A stretch of DNA of 64,000 bases, from NCBI GenBank assembly GCA_016710465.1, contig JADJVS010000001.1, positions 15,255 to 79,254 of the forward strand, written 5' to 3'. The first letter of the stretch is position 1; the number at the start of each line of letters is the position of its first letter. The DNA comes from Sulfuritalea sp. (lineage in GTDB: Bacteria > Pseudomonadota > Gammaproteobacteria > Burkholderiales > Rhodocyclaceae). This document shows positions 16,320 through 25,814 of the stretch, piece by piece. The position numbers and the translations under genes are program-made. Under the pieces are notes generated by a model. It did not search any database. It saw only the letters and a list, made by a program, of their open reading frames with translations, and was not told the origin of the DNA.

Positions 16320-17636
16320 CTACAGCTTCAGTGCGATCAGTGCAATCGAGGGCACGAAGACGATCAGCGCAATGCGCACAATATCGGACATCAGAAAGGG
16401 AATGATGCCGATGAAGGTTTCCTTCATCGAGGTGTCCTTGGCCATGCTGCTGATGATGAAGACGTTAAGACCGACGGGCGGCGTAATCAGGCCGATTTCA
16501 ACCACCATCAGCGAAAGGATGCCAAACCAGATCGCCTTGCCCTCGGGATCGAGGCCCCAGAAGTCCATGCCCATGATGATGGGGAAGAAGATCGGAATCG
16601 TCAGCATGATCATCGACAGGCTGTCCATGATGCAGCCGAGGATCAGGTAGATGATGATGATCACCAGCAGTACCAGCAGGGGCGACAGGCCGAGCCCCAC
16701 CACCCACTTGGCGAGTTCCGCCGGCATCTGCGTCAGCGCCAGGAAGACGTTCATGATGTCGGCGCCGAGCAGGATCAGGAAGATCATGGCCGTGGCCTGT
16801 GAAGTGCCATAGACGCATTCGAGGAAGCCGCGCTTGGACAGGCCACCCGAGCGCCAGGCGACGAAGGCCGTCGCCAGGGTACCGATCGAGGCGGCCTCGG
16901 TCGGCGTGAAAAAGCCGCCATAGATGCCGCCGATCACGGCGATGAATATCAGCATCACCGGCCAGGTATCGGCGATCGCCTTCAGTTTTTCGGCGATGCT
17001 GGCCTTTTCGCCACGCGGCGCGGCATTGGGATCAAGGCGGGCGATGATGCCGATCACAATCATGTAACCGACCATGGCGATGATGCCGGGAATCACGGCG
17101 GCCATGAACAGCTTGGCGATGTTCTGTTCGGTGAGGATGGCGTAGATCACCAGTGGCACCGAAGGCGGGATCAGGATGCCCAGCGTGCCGCCGGCGGCGA
17201 TCGCCGCCGTGGCGAGGCGCCCGGAATACTTGTGGTTGCGCAACTCGGGCAGGGCCACCTGGCCCATGGTGGCGGCGGTCGCCAGCGAGGAGCCGCAGAT
17301 CGCGCCGAAGCCGGCGCAGGCACCGACCGCAGCCATCGCCAGACCGCCGCGCCAGTGGCCGATCAGCGTGGCGCCGGCACGGAACAGGGCCTTGGACAAG
17401 CCGCCATGGGTGGCGAACTGGCCCATCAACAGGAACAGCGGCACCACCGAGAGATCGTAGATCGAATAGCGCGCCCAGGCGGCTGTCTTCATGTAACTGA
17501 GCAGCGGTGCCGGGCCGGCCATCCAGATGTAGCCGACCATGCCGGCGATCATCATGGCCATCGCGATATGTACGCGCAAGGCCATCAGGCCCAGCATCAG
17601 GACGCCGGCGACGGCGCCGGTTTCAATTCCGGTCAT
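16320..17636 (-). CDS. dctM: TRAP transporter large permease (DctM family)
   Basis: 438-aa polytopic protein with typical DctM motifs; overlaps dctQ by 4 nt. Confidence 0.88.
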   Translation of the reverse strand: MTGIETGAVAGVLMLGLMALRVHIAMAMMIAGMVGYIWMAGPAPLLSYMKTAAWARYSIYDLSVVPLFLLMGQFATHGGLSKALFRAGATLIGHWRGGLAMAAVGACAGFGAICGSSLATAATMGQVALPELRNHKYSGRLATAAIAAGGTLGILIPPSVPLVIYAILTEQNIAKLFMAAVIPGIIAMVGYMIVIGIIARLDPNAAPRGEKASIAEKLKAIADTWPVMLIFIAVIGGIYGGFFTPTEAASIGTLATAFVAWRSGGLSKRGFLECVYGTSQATAMIFLILLGADIMNVFLALTQMPAELAKWVVGLGLSPLLVLLVIIIIYLILGCIMDSLSMIMLTIPIFFPIIMGMDFWGLDPEGKAIWFGILSLMVVEIGLITPPVGLNVFIISSMAKDTSMKETFIGIIPFLMSDIVRIALIVFVPSIALIALKL

Positions 17637-18157
17637 GCTTCGGCTCCGGTAATGTCGATCCAGGCTGTATAGAGGGCCGCGCAGCCAAGAAGGAAGAAGG
17701 ATGGCACCATCGGCAGGTAGCCGTACCAGGTGGGCAGGTTAAGCAGCATCGAGGCATCGCCACTGTCGCGCAGATCGAGCATGCCCAGGGTGATGCGCCA
17801 GGCGAAGACGAAGCCGGCGACGGACAAGGCCAGGCTGGCGACGATATCGCAGGCGCGATTGAATTTCTTCGGCGCGTGGACGGTGAAGAAGTCTACGATG
17901 ATGTGGCCGCGGATCATCTGGCAGAAAGGCAACGCCATGGTCACGGCAACCGCCGACATCATCTGCACCAACTCGTAGTCGCCGAGGATCGGCGTGCTGA
18001 ACAGGCTGCGGCCGACAATGCTCGTCAAGGACATCAGGGACATCAGGATCAGCGTGATACCCGAGCCGACCGCGAAGGCGCGACAAACCTTGTTCAGCAC
18101 CCGGCCCACCAATGCGGTCGGCTCGGCATCCTTGTCGACATAGAGGGCGTCAGCCAT
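17633..18157 (-). CDS. dctQ: TRAP transporter small permease (DctQ family)
   Basis: Four TM segments. Start taken at the internal ATG (MADALYVD). Confidence 0.75.
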   Translation of the reverse strand: MADALYVDKDAEPTALVGRVLNKVCRAFAVGSGITLILMSLMSLTSIVGRSLFSTPILGDYELVQMMSAVAVTMALPFCQMIRGHIIVDFFTVHAPKKFNRACDIVASLALSVAGFVFAWRITLGMLDLRDSGDASMLLNLPTWYGYLPMVPSFFLLGCAALYTAWIDITGAEA

Positions 18158-18200
18158 CTTTTTCTCCTTGCGTTCCGTCCGCGACGCAGGTCGGGGACGG

Positions 18201-18238
18201 CAAAAAAACGCCGGGGCCGGCAGTGCCGGCACCCGGCG
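18201..18238 (-). terminator. Intra-operon intrinsic terminator/attenuator between dctP and dctQ
   Basis: Minus strand reads CCGCCGGGTGCCGGCACTGCCGGCCCCGGCG followed by TTTTTTT. Confidence 0.6.
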
Positions 18239-18252
18239 GTGCGTCGTGCTGC

Positions 18253-19284
18253 TTACTTGGTGTGCTTCTTGATCAGGTCCTGAGCCGCCTTGAACAGCTT
18301 GGGACCGTCGTGGCCGGCCTTGGTCATGTTGGCCATCCACTCGTCATCGAGCGCTCCGCTGGCCTTCTTCCATTTTTCAAGTTCCGAAGCCGGGATAACG
18401 TTGATGGTCATGCCCGCAGCCTTGCTCTTCTCGCGGCCGGGGCCGTCGTCGGCTTCCTGCACACGCCCGGCCATGGCCGAGAACTCGATGCCGGAGTTGT
18501 TGTCGATCACTTTCTTCAGGTCAGCCGGCAGGGAGTCGTACTTGGCCTTGTTCATGGCGATGGTGAACACCGTGGTATAGAGCGCCGGGAACTTCGGGTC
18601 CGTTTCCGCACCGAACTTGGCGATTTCATTGACCTTGATGCTCGGCACCACCTGATAGGGAATCACCGCACCTTCGATGACGCCCTTGGACAGCGCCTCG
18701 GGCACGGCCGGCACCGGCATGCCGACCGGCGTGGCGCCCATCGAGGCCAGCATCTTGTTGGTCAGGCGGGTCGGGGCGCGGAACTTCATGCCCTTGAAGT
18801 CTTCCATGGTCTTCATCTGCTTCTTGGTGGTGAACAGGTAGCCAGGGCCATGAACGTGGACGGCGAGCACCTTGACGTCCTTGAATTCGTGCGCGGCGTA
18901 CTGCTGGGTGAATTCCCAGGCGGCGCGGCTGGTGGCTTCCGCCTTGGTCATGGTGAAGGGCAGCTCGAAGACTTCCGACATCGGGAAGCGGTTGGCCGAG
19001 TAGCCGAGCACGGTCCACACCACGTCGGCGACGCCATCCTTGGCCTGGTCGTAGAGCTGCGGCGGCGTGCCACCGAGCTGCATGGCCGGATAGATCTGGC
19101 ACTTGATGCGGTTGTTGGAATCCTTGCCCAGCTTGGCACACCACGGCTCGAAGACGCCGGTATGGATGAAGGTCTGGGCCGAAAGGAAGTGATGCACCTT
19201 GAGGGTGACCTCCTGAGCCTGAACCGCGAAGGCGGTGCCGGCGATCGATGCGGCAATCAGGGTTTTTGCAAACAGCTTTTTCAT
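18253..19284 (-). CDS. dctP: TRAP transporter periplasmic solute-binding protein (DctP family)
   Basis: Signal peptide 'AASIAGTAFAVQAQE'; DctP-family body. Confidence 0.88.
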   Translation of the reverse strand: MKKLFAKTLIAASIAGTAFAVQAQEVTLKVHHFLSAQTFIHTGVFEPWCAKLGKDSNNRIKCQIYPAMQLGGTPPQLYDQAKDGVADVVWTVLGYSANRFPMSEVFELPFTMTKAEATSRAAWEFTQQYAAHEFKDVKVLAVHVHGPGYLFTTKKQMKTMEDFKGMKFRAPTRLTNKMLASMGATPVGMPVPAVPEALSKGVIEGAVIPYQVVPSIKVNEIAKFGAETDPKFPALYTTVFTIAMNKAKYDSLPADLKKVIDNNSGIEFSAMAGRVQEADDGPGREKSKAAGMTINVIPASELEKWKKASGALDDEWMANMTKAGHDGPKLFKAAQDLIKKHTK

Positions 19285-19505
19285 CTACGTCTCCTCTTTG
19301 ATGGCGGCGTCGCCGCCTTATTGAAATGACCGAACTCGCCCTAAAACCAGTGATACAAAAATCAATACACCTTATAGCATATCGAGAATTAATTCGCTAC
19401 AAAACAATCAGATAGATTGGATAGTGCAGTATAGTGCCTGTTACGATTTGCGATTTGAGCAAAATACTACACTAACCGCTCGGTGAATTGTTTGATTTCC
19501 AGCAA

Positions 19506-20825
19506 CTATTTCGGCCGCCGGTCGATCACCCGACGGGCCTTGCCGACGAGCGTCCGCTCGACCTTGTCGGTCTCGACTACATGCACCGTCGACGACACCC
19601 CGACCAGCACCTTGATCCGGTGCTCGACCTCACCTCCGATCTCCTTGCGCTGCTGTTCGGTGATCCTGTCCGACAGATCGGCGCGCACTTCGACATAGAC
19701 GTCGAGTTTGTCCAGATGGCCATCGCGGGTGACCTGCAGTTGGTACTGGGCGCATAGCTTCGGATGCTTGAGCAGGATCTCCTCGATCTGCGTCGGAAAC
19801 ACGTTCACGCCGCGGATGATCAGCATGTCGTCGCTGCGCCCGGTGATCTTTTCCATCCGCCGCATGGTGCGCGCCGTGCCGGGCAGCAGGCGCGTCAGGT
19901 CGCGGGTGCGGTAGCGGATGATGGGCAGCGCTTCCTTGGACAGCGAGGTGAACACCAGTTCGCCCATTTCGCCGTCGTCCAGCACCTTGCCGGTTTCGGG
20001 GTGGATGATTTCGGGGTAGAAATGGTCCTCCCAGATGGTTGGGCCGTCCTTGGTTTCGGCGCACTCGCAGGCCACGCCCGGGCCCATGACTTCGGAAAGG
20101 CCGTAGATATCCACAGCGTCGATGTTGAGGCGTTCCTCGATCTCGCGGCGCATTTCGTTGGTCCAGGGCTCGGCGCCAAAGAGGCCGACACGCAGGCTGG
20201 TTTCGCGCGGATTGATGCCGAGCTTGATCATTTCGTCGGCGATGGTCAGCACATACGACGGCGTGCAGCAGATCATGGTCGGCTTGAAGTCCTGGATCAA
20301 CTGAATCTGCTTTTCGGTCTGGCCGCCGGACATCGGGATCACCGTCGCCCCCAGGGCTTCGCCGCCGTAATGGGCGCCGAGGCCGCCGGTGAACAGGCCG
20401 TAACCGTAGGAATTGAGGATCATGTCATCGGCGCTGCCGCCGGCGGCACGCATCGAGCGCGCCATCAACTGGGCCCACATCGCGATGTCGTTCTTCGTGT
20501 AGCCGACCACCGTCGGCTTGCCCGTGGTGCCCGACGAGGCGTGGATGCGCACCACGTCGCGCATTGGCGCCGCAAACATGCCAAAGGGATAAGTATCACG
20601 CAGGTCGGCCTTGGTGGTGAAGGGAAACTTCGCCAGGTCCGAGATCTGTTTCAGGTCATCCGGGTGCACCCCGGCGGCGTCGTATTTCTTGCGGTAATGC
20701 GGCACGTTGTCGTAAGCGTGCCTGATCGACCACTTCATGCGTTCGAGTTGCACCGACCGCAGCTCGTCCTTGCTCGCCTTCTCGATGGCTTCCAGGCCCT
20801 TGCCCGGCGAATTCTTTGCGCTCAC
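19506..20825 (-). CDS. paaK: Phenylacetate-CoA ligase
   Basis: 'IHASSGTTGKPTVVGYT', 'YGLSEVMGPGV', 'RSDDMLIIRGVNVFP'. Context is the pad-like operon. Confidence 0.88.
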   Translation of the reverse strand: MSAKNSPGKGLEAIEKASKDELRSVQLERMKWSIRHAYDNVPHYRKKYDAAGVHPDDLKQISDLAKFPFTTKADLRDTYPFGMFAAPMRDVVRIHASSGTTGKPTVVGYTKNDIAMWAQLMARSMRAAGGSADDMILNSYGYGLFTGGLGAHYGGEALGATVIPMSGGQTEKQIQLIQDFKPTMICCTPSYVLTIADEMIKLGINPRETSLRVGLFGAEPWTNEMRREIEERLNIDAVDIYGLSEVMGPGVACECAETKDGPTIWEDHFYPEIIHPETGKVLDDGEMGELVFTSLSKEALPIIRYRTRDLTRLLPGTARTMRRMEKITGRSDDMLIIRGVNVFPTQIEEILLKHPKLCAQYQLQVTRDGHLDKLDVYVEVRADLSDRITEQQRKEIGGEVEHRIKVLVGVSSTVHVVETDKVERTLVGKARRVIDRRPK

Positions 20826-20842
20826 CCCTGCTCCCCCCTTGC

Positions 20843-22183
20843 TTAAGCCCTGTGGGCCATTTGTTTCACGAAATTGAGATTCTCCACGACCTTGCCCTGA
20901 ATGTGTGAAATCTGATCCTCGCTGAGATGGCGGAAGCGGCCCATGGCCTTCAGATAGTCGGTCACCGGCAGCGGCTCATCGACCGGCCGCGTGAAACGCA
21001 GGCCGCCGGCGCGGGTGTACTCCCAGAGCATGACGAAATTGGTTTCCACGGCCTTCCTCGCCACCTCCATGTTCTGGTCGGTCGGAAAGCGCCAGCCGGT
21101 GGTGCAAGGCGAATACACGTGCAGGTAGGCGAAACCGCGCTTGGAGGCCGCGATGGCCTTGTCCAGCTTGTCGTAGAGGTCCTCCATGTAGGCCGTGGAG
21201 GCCGTGGCGACATACTCGCAGCGGTGATTCACCATGATCAGCGGCAGGTTCTTGGCGTCCTGGGTCTTGCCCTGCGAAGGCAGGCCGCCGGAGCCGGTGC
21301 CCTGCCCCACCGGCGTGGTCGAAGTCCAGGCGCCGTAGGGCGTGCAGCTCGACCGCTGCATGCCGGTGTTCATGTAGCCCTCGTTGTCCACCACCATGAA
21401 CAGGATCTGCTCGTTGCGTTCGGCCGCGCCCGAGAGCGACTGGAAGCCGACATCCGACGCCCCGCCGTCACCGGCGATGGCCAGCGCCGTGACCTCGCGG
21501 CCGATGCGCTTGTAGTGGCGCTTGACCCCGGCCAGCATCGGCGCGGTATTGGTCAGCAGCGGATGGAAGACCGGCACCTTGGTCCCCGTGGTGCCGTTGA
21601 AACCCACCGAGCCCATGCCCGGCACGCAGCCGGGGGGCGTCGCCAGCACCGTATCCGGCCCGACCCGGCGCAGGGTGTGGCGCATCAGGAGTTCGGTGTT
21701 GCAACCCTGGCAGCCGGCCAGGCCCGGCGCGAACAGGTCTTCCCAGTCGCCGACCTCGTTGTAGATGCGCGAGGTGGTAACGAGCTTCAAGGCGTCGTGC
21801 GGGCAGGCGCTGACACAGGCTGGGCTTCCATCGCACATGTCGCACTTGGCGACACGGCCGCTGGCCTCGTCCAGGGCGATGCCGGCGTAGGCGCAGCCGA
21901 CGGTGCATAGCAGGCAATCGACGCACTTGTCGCCATTCCAGTCGATCACCCCGCTGGCGTAGTCCTTGCCCAGGGCGCCGGCCGGGCAGACCGTGACGCA
22001 TTTCGGATCGCCGCACTGGCGGCACAGCGCCAGCTCGAAACCTTCAGCCGCGTTGCCGGCGATCTGGAGGCGCGAGCGTGAAATCTCCGTAGTCCCGGTC
22101 TTGGCCGTGGCGCAGGCCGTCATGCAGTCGCCGCAGCCGTCGCACTTGTTGGCGTCGAAGGCGATGGTGTTGAATGCACCCAT
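20843..22183 (-). CDS. 2-oxoacid:acceptor oxidoreductase beta (ThDP) subunit with N-terminal poly-ferredoxin domain
   Basis: Four Cys clusters ('CDGCGDCMTAC', 'CRQCGDPKCVTVCP', 'CVDCLLCTVGC', 'CDMCDGSPACVSACP'), then the ThDP motif 'GDGGASDVGFQSL...DNEGYMNTG'. Confidence 0.85.
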   Translation of the reverse strand: MGAFNTIAFDANKCDGCGDCMTACATAKTGTTEISRSRLQIAGNAAEGFELALCRQCGDPKCVTVCPAGALGKDYASGVIDWNGDKCVDCLLCTVGCAYAGIALDEASGRVAKCDMCDGSPACVSACPHDALKLVTTSRIYNEVGDWEDLFAPGLAGCQGCNTELLMRHTLRRVGPDTVLATPPGCVPGMGSVGFNGTTGTKVPVFHPLLTNTAPMLAGVKRHYKRIGREVTALAIAGDGGASDVGFQSLSGAAERNEQILFMVVDNEGYMNTGMQRSSCTPYGAWTSTTPVGQGTGSGGLPSQGKTQDAKNLPLIMVNHRCEYVATASTAYMEDLYDKLDKAIAASKRGFAYLHVYSPCTTGWRFPTDQNMEVARKAVETNFVMLWEYTRAGGLRFTRPVDEPLPVTDYLKAMGRFRHLSEDQISHIQGKVVENLNFVKQMAHRA

Positions 22184-22185
22184 GT

Positions 22186-23457
22186 TTATCTCCAGGTCAG
22201 CGACATGATTTCCCGGGCCGATTTCATCGGCTCGGCGAGGAAGTGTTCCCTGACCGGGCTCAGGTCGATGCGACGCAGGATCAACTGACTCATCACGCCG
22301 GCGTCGAAGAACTCATTGACGCCGTAGATGCCGGTCAGTCGGCCCTCGTGGAAAATCACCTTGAGGTAGCGGCCGCTGGCTTCATCGAAACGGGTGACCA
22401 CCTCGCCGCCCTCGGGCACCTTGCTGGAGCCAACCGATATCGCGTGGCGACCGAAGAAGTGGTAGGTATTCACCGGAATCCCGCCGGGGTAGTCCTTGAT
22501 GCCGGGGTCGCCGGCCATGGCCATGCCGGCGATGCGACCCTGCTCGGCGGCGTCGGGCAGGATCGCGTTCATCACCTTGGTGTCGGAATAGAAGCTCTTC
22601 GCCTGGGCGCAGTCGCCGGCGGCAAAGACGTTGGGCACGCTGGTCTGCATGCGCTCGCCGACCAGGATGCCCTTGTCGCGCTCGACGGCAGCGCCCTCGC
22701 CGGTGAGGAAGTCCATGTTGGGCCGCACGCCTGTCGCCACCAGCAGCAGGTCGGCTTCCAGGGTGGCGCCGCTTTCCAGCGTGATCGTGGCGCCCGGGGT
22801 GGCAAACGCGGAAGATGGCGCCAGCTTGACCACCCGGCTGCCGGTGAGGATGGTGGCGCCGTTGTCGGTGAAGGCCTTTTCGATCAGGGCGGCGGCCGTG
22901 GCATCGAAATAACCGTCGGTCAGTTGCTTGGCCATCTCGACAATGGTGACTTTGGCCCCGGCTTTGACCAGGTTCTCGGCGGCATGCATGCCGACCAGGC
23001 CGGCGCCCATCACCACCGCCTGCTTCGAGGCTTTCATGGCGGCATTCAGTTTGGTGGCGTCGTCCAGCGTGCGCAGCACGTGGTAGCTGACCTGGGCTAT
23101 GCCCGGAATCGGCGGGATCGCGGGCGAGGCGCCGGTGGCGAGGAGGATTTTTTCATAGGCGATCTGGCTGCCGTCGGCCAGTTCCGCCGTGTTGCGCGCC
23201 GGATGCAATGCCTTCAATGCCGTGCCCCGCCTGAGGCTGATCTGGTGCCGGGCGAAGAATTTCTCGTCGCGCAGGAAGACCGTGTCCGGCGCGGAACGGC
23301 CCGAGACGACGTAGGGCAGCACGGTGGGCGAGTAGGGCAGGTGCGCATCGCGCGTGAGCATCGTCAGGCTGCCGTCCGTGTCGTGCATGCGGATCGCGGT
23401 GAGGGCTTCGAGCGCGGCGTGGCTGCTGCCGACGACCAGGTATTTCGTGGTTTCCAT
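22186..23457 (-). CDS. FAD-dependent pyridine nucleotide-disulfide oxidoreductase subunit
   Basis: 'YLVVGSSHAALEA' and 'AVVMGAGLVGMHAAE' dinucleotide folds; 'VFAAGDCA'. Start taken at the internal ATG (METTKY). Confidence 0.8.
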   Translation of the reverse strand: METTKYLVVGSSHAALEALTAIRMHDTDGSLTMLTRDAHLPYSPTVLPYVVSGRSAPDTVFLRDEKFFARHQISLRRGTALKALHPARNTAELADGSQIAYEKILLATGASPAIPPIPGIAQVSYHVLRTLDDATKLNAAMKASKQAVVMGAGLVGMHAAENLVKAGAKVTIVEMAKQLTDGYFDATAAALIEKAFTDNGATILTGSRVVKLAPSSAFATPGATITLESGATLEADLLLVATGVRPNMDFLTGEGAAVERDKGILVGERMQTSVPNVFAAGDCAQAKSFYSDTKVMNAILPDAAEQGRIAGMAMAGDPGIKDYPGGIPVNTYHFFGRHAISVGSSKVPEGGEVVTRFDEASGRYLKVIFHEGRLTGIYGVNEFFDAGVMSQLILRRIDLSPVREHFLAEPMKSAREIMSLTWR

Positions 23458-23459
23458 GC

Positions 23460-24722
23460 TCAGTCCTTCTCGTTGAGCCAGACCGGCTCGGTGCTCATCG
23501 TGGCGCCGCCGAGCAGGGCTTCGGTGGCGTCGATCACGCGATGGAAATGCGCCGTGGTGATGTCGGCGCCGGCCAGGCCGCCAATGAAGCTTTGCGCGGG
23601 GAGCATTTTTCCGGTCGCCTGCCCCAGGCGGTAGAGCGCGCCCAGGGTCTCCTGGTACATGGGCCCGCAGTTCCAGCGAAAGCCCACCGAGCGATCGACC
23701 ACGCCCAGGGCCTGGATGTTCTTCAGCGACTTGATCAGCGCCTCGACGGGGAAGGGGCTGAAGGTCTTGAGCTTGATCAGGCCGACCCGTTTGCCGGCGT
23801 CGCGCGCCTCGTCGATGGCGTCCTTGCCGGCGCCGCTCATGCTGCCCAGGGTCATGATCGCGAACTCGGCATCCTCCATGCGGTAGTCCTCGACCAGCGG
23901 CGCGTAGCGGCGGCCGAAGCGTACTGCCCATTCCTCATGCACGTCCTCGATCACCCGCAGCGAATTCTGCATGCCCTTGCACTGCCCCTTGCGGTAGCGC
24001 ACAAAGGTCGACGGTCCCTTGCCGGACGAACCGCCGGTCAGCGGATCGACCGCCATCGGCCGCAGTGGGTCCAGCGCCACGTGCCAGTTCACGTTCTTGT
24101 CGCCCATGAAGGCATCGACCTCGGCCTGGTCGGGCAGCTCGACGCGCGAGGTGCCGTAGGAAAGATAGTTGCCGTCAAGGCAGACATTCACCGGCAGCAT
24201 CACGTCGTGATGCTCGGCGATCTTGAAGGCCATGATGGTGGTGTCGAGCACTTCCTGCACGGTCTCGCAATACACCTGCACCCAGCCCACTTCGCGCACG
24301 GTCATCGCGTCCTGGTGGCCGCCCCAGACCGACTGCGGGGTGATGCCGTCGCGGGTGACGATGGACATGACGATCGGCAGGCGCATGCCCGAGGTGCGGA
24401 AGTAGGGCTCGAACATGAAGGCCAGGCCCGGGCCGCAGGTCGCGGTGTAGGTGCGCGCGCCGGCCAGCGCCCCGCCTTGCAGCACGGAGAGCACCGAGTG
24501 CTCGCCCTCGGCATCGACGATGTCGGCATCCATCTTACCGTCGGCGATCAGCTTGGCGACATGCTCGACCAGCGAGGACTGCGGCGTGATCGGATACACC
24601 GCGACCATGTCCGGGCGGGCCAGGGCCACGCCCAGTGCGGCGGCCTCGTTGCCTTCGACGAGGATGACTTTCTGTTTGGCAGGCGCCGAACTGGGCGGTT
24701 TTTCCAATGTGCTGGTGCTCAT
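23460..24722 (-). CDS. 2-oxoacid:acceptor oxidoreductase alpha subunit
   Basis: 'VAVYPITPQSSLVEH', 'TATCGPGLAFMFE'. Confidence 0.88.
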   Translation of the reverse strand: MSTSTLEKPPSSAPAKQKVILVEGNEAAALGVALARPDMVAVYPITPQSSLVEHVAKLIADGKMDADIVDAEGEHSVLSVLQGGALAGARTYTATCGPGLAFMFEPYFRTSGMRLPIVMSIVTRDGITPQSVWGGHQDAMTVREVGWVQVYCETVQEVLDTTIMAFKIAEHHDVMLPVNVCLDGNYLSYGTSRVELPDQAEVDAFMGDKNVNWHVALDPLRPMAVDPLTGGSSGKGPSTFVRYRKGQCKGMQNSLRVIEDVHEEWAVRFGRRYAPLVEDYRMEDAEFAIMTLGSMSGAGKDAIDEARDAGKRVGLIKLKTFSPFPVEALIKSLKNIQALGVVDRSVGFRWNCGPMYQETLGALYRLGQATGKMLPAQSFIGGLAGADITTAHFHRVIDATEALLGGATMSTEPVWLNEKD

Positions 24723-24884
24723 GCGGCCTCCGGAATTGAAGAGTCGGCGCTGGGGGACGGCGATTTGTCATCATGCCGCTGCCTCCGACATCTCGTGGGT
24801 AGTGTTCGTCGGCGCGTCGGCAGCGTGCAGCAATCGCGGACGCTACGCCCCCGCTCGCTTCGCTCACGGGTCCCCCTCCGCTGC

Positions 24885-25184
24885 TCATGCTGCCTCCGGG
24901 ATCATGGTGATCGCGCGCTGCGGGCATTCGTTGGCGCAGATGCCGCAGCCTTTGCAGGTCTTGAGGTTGAAGTCGAACCAGGCCGGCTTCTCTTCGACGC
25001 ACTGCACCGGGCAGTAGAGCCAGCACACGGCGCATTTGACGCACTTGTCGCGATCCACCACCGGCCGCATGCTGCGCCAGTCGCCGGGCAGCATCGGGCT
25101 CATGACGGTGGCCACGGGACTCAGGTCGTCGGGCACCTGGGCCTCGACGAGATTGAACATCGGATAGTGGGTGTGCCGACTCAT
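24885..25184 (-). CDS. 2-oxoacid:acceptor oxidoreductase delta (2x[4Fe-4S] ferredoxin) subunit
   Basis: 'CVKCAVCWLYCP' and 'CKGCGICANECP'. Start taken at the internal ATG, overlapping the gamma-subunit stop. Confidence 0.8.
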   Translation of the reverse strand: MSRHTHYPMFNLVEAQVPDDLSPVATVMSPMLPGDWRSMRPVVDRDKCVKCAVCWLYCPVQCVEEKPAWFDFNLKTCKGCGICANECPQRAITMIPEAA

Positions 25185-25753
25185 GCGGCCTCCTTTTGCG
25201 CAATGGCATGAACCACGGTCTCGTTGTAGCCGCGCTCCAGCGCGAGCAGGTTCTGTTTCAGGCCGGCGTCGCGGAAATCGGAATCCTCGAGCGAACGCTT
25301 GAGCGCTTCCAGCGACACCACGCCGGTGGTCCTGGCGAAGGCGCCCAGCATCAGGGTGTTGGTGATGGGCTTCTTGAAGATTTGCAGGGCGATGCCGATC
25401 GCGTCGCACAGCCCTACCGTCGCCACGTTGGGCGCGAGCGTGACCTCGGCCAGCGGCCGGTTGCTGGCCTGGACCAGGGTGCCGCCGGGCTTTAGGCCGG
25501 CAAAGATATCGACCGAGCGGGTCAGCGTCGGATCGACGCAGATCAGGCAGTCGGGGGCGTAGATGTTGGTCAATTGGCGGATCGGCTTGTCGCTGCAGCG
25601 CAGAAAGGAGACCACCGGCGCGCCACGTCGCTCGAAACCGAAGGACGGGATCGACACCGCGTACTTGCCCTCTTCGAGCAAAGCGGCCGCCAGCATCGCC
25701 GCCGCCGTGACGGCGCCCTGCCCGCCTCGTCCATGAAATCGCACTTCGTACAT
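25181..25753 (-). CDS. 2-oxoacid:acceptor oxidoreductase gamma subunit
   Basis: 'FHGRGGQGAVTAA', 'FGFERRGAPV'. Confidence 0.85.
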   Translation of the reverse strand: MYEVRFHGRGGQGAVTAAAMLAAALLEEGKYAVSIPSFGFERRGAPVVSFLRCSDKPIRQLTNIYAPDCLICVDPTLTRSVDIFAGLKPGGTLVQASNRPLAEVTLAPNVATVGLCDAIGIALQIFKKPITNTLMLGAFARTTGVVSLEALKRSLEDSDFRDAGLKQNLLALERGYNETVVHAIAQKEAA

Positions 25754-25814
25754 CGCCTCTCCTCCTGTCGACGGAACCTGTCGGTTCCGTCTCGTATGGT
25801 GCTAAAGCCTGCGC

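Noticed and set aside
19303-19317. Perfect hairpin GGCGGCGTCGCCGCC just upstream of the dctP RBS
   Set aside because: No T-run follows on the coding (minus) strand, so it is not a convincing terminator for paaK. A regulatory role cannot be supported from sequence alone.
24723-24884. 162-bp gap inside the oxidoreductase operon; an ORF (ATG at 24888, ATGA-coupled to the delta subunit) reads 'MSSGGGPVSEASGG...'
   Set aside because: The ORF is low-complexity, runs out of frame into the alpha-subunit gene and has no recognisable domain. The spacer has no clear hairpin or motif, so I left it unannotated. RNA-seq or conservation analysis could revisit it.
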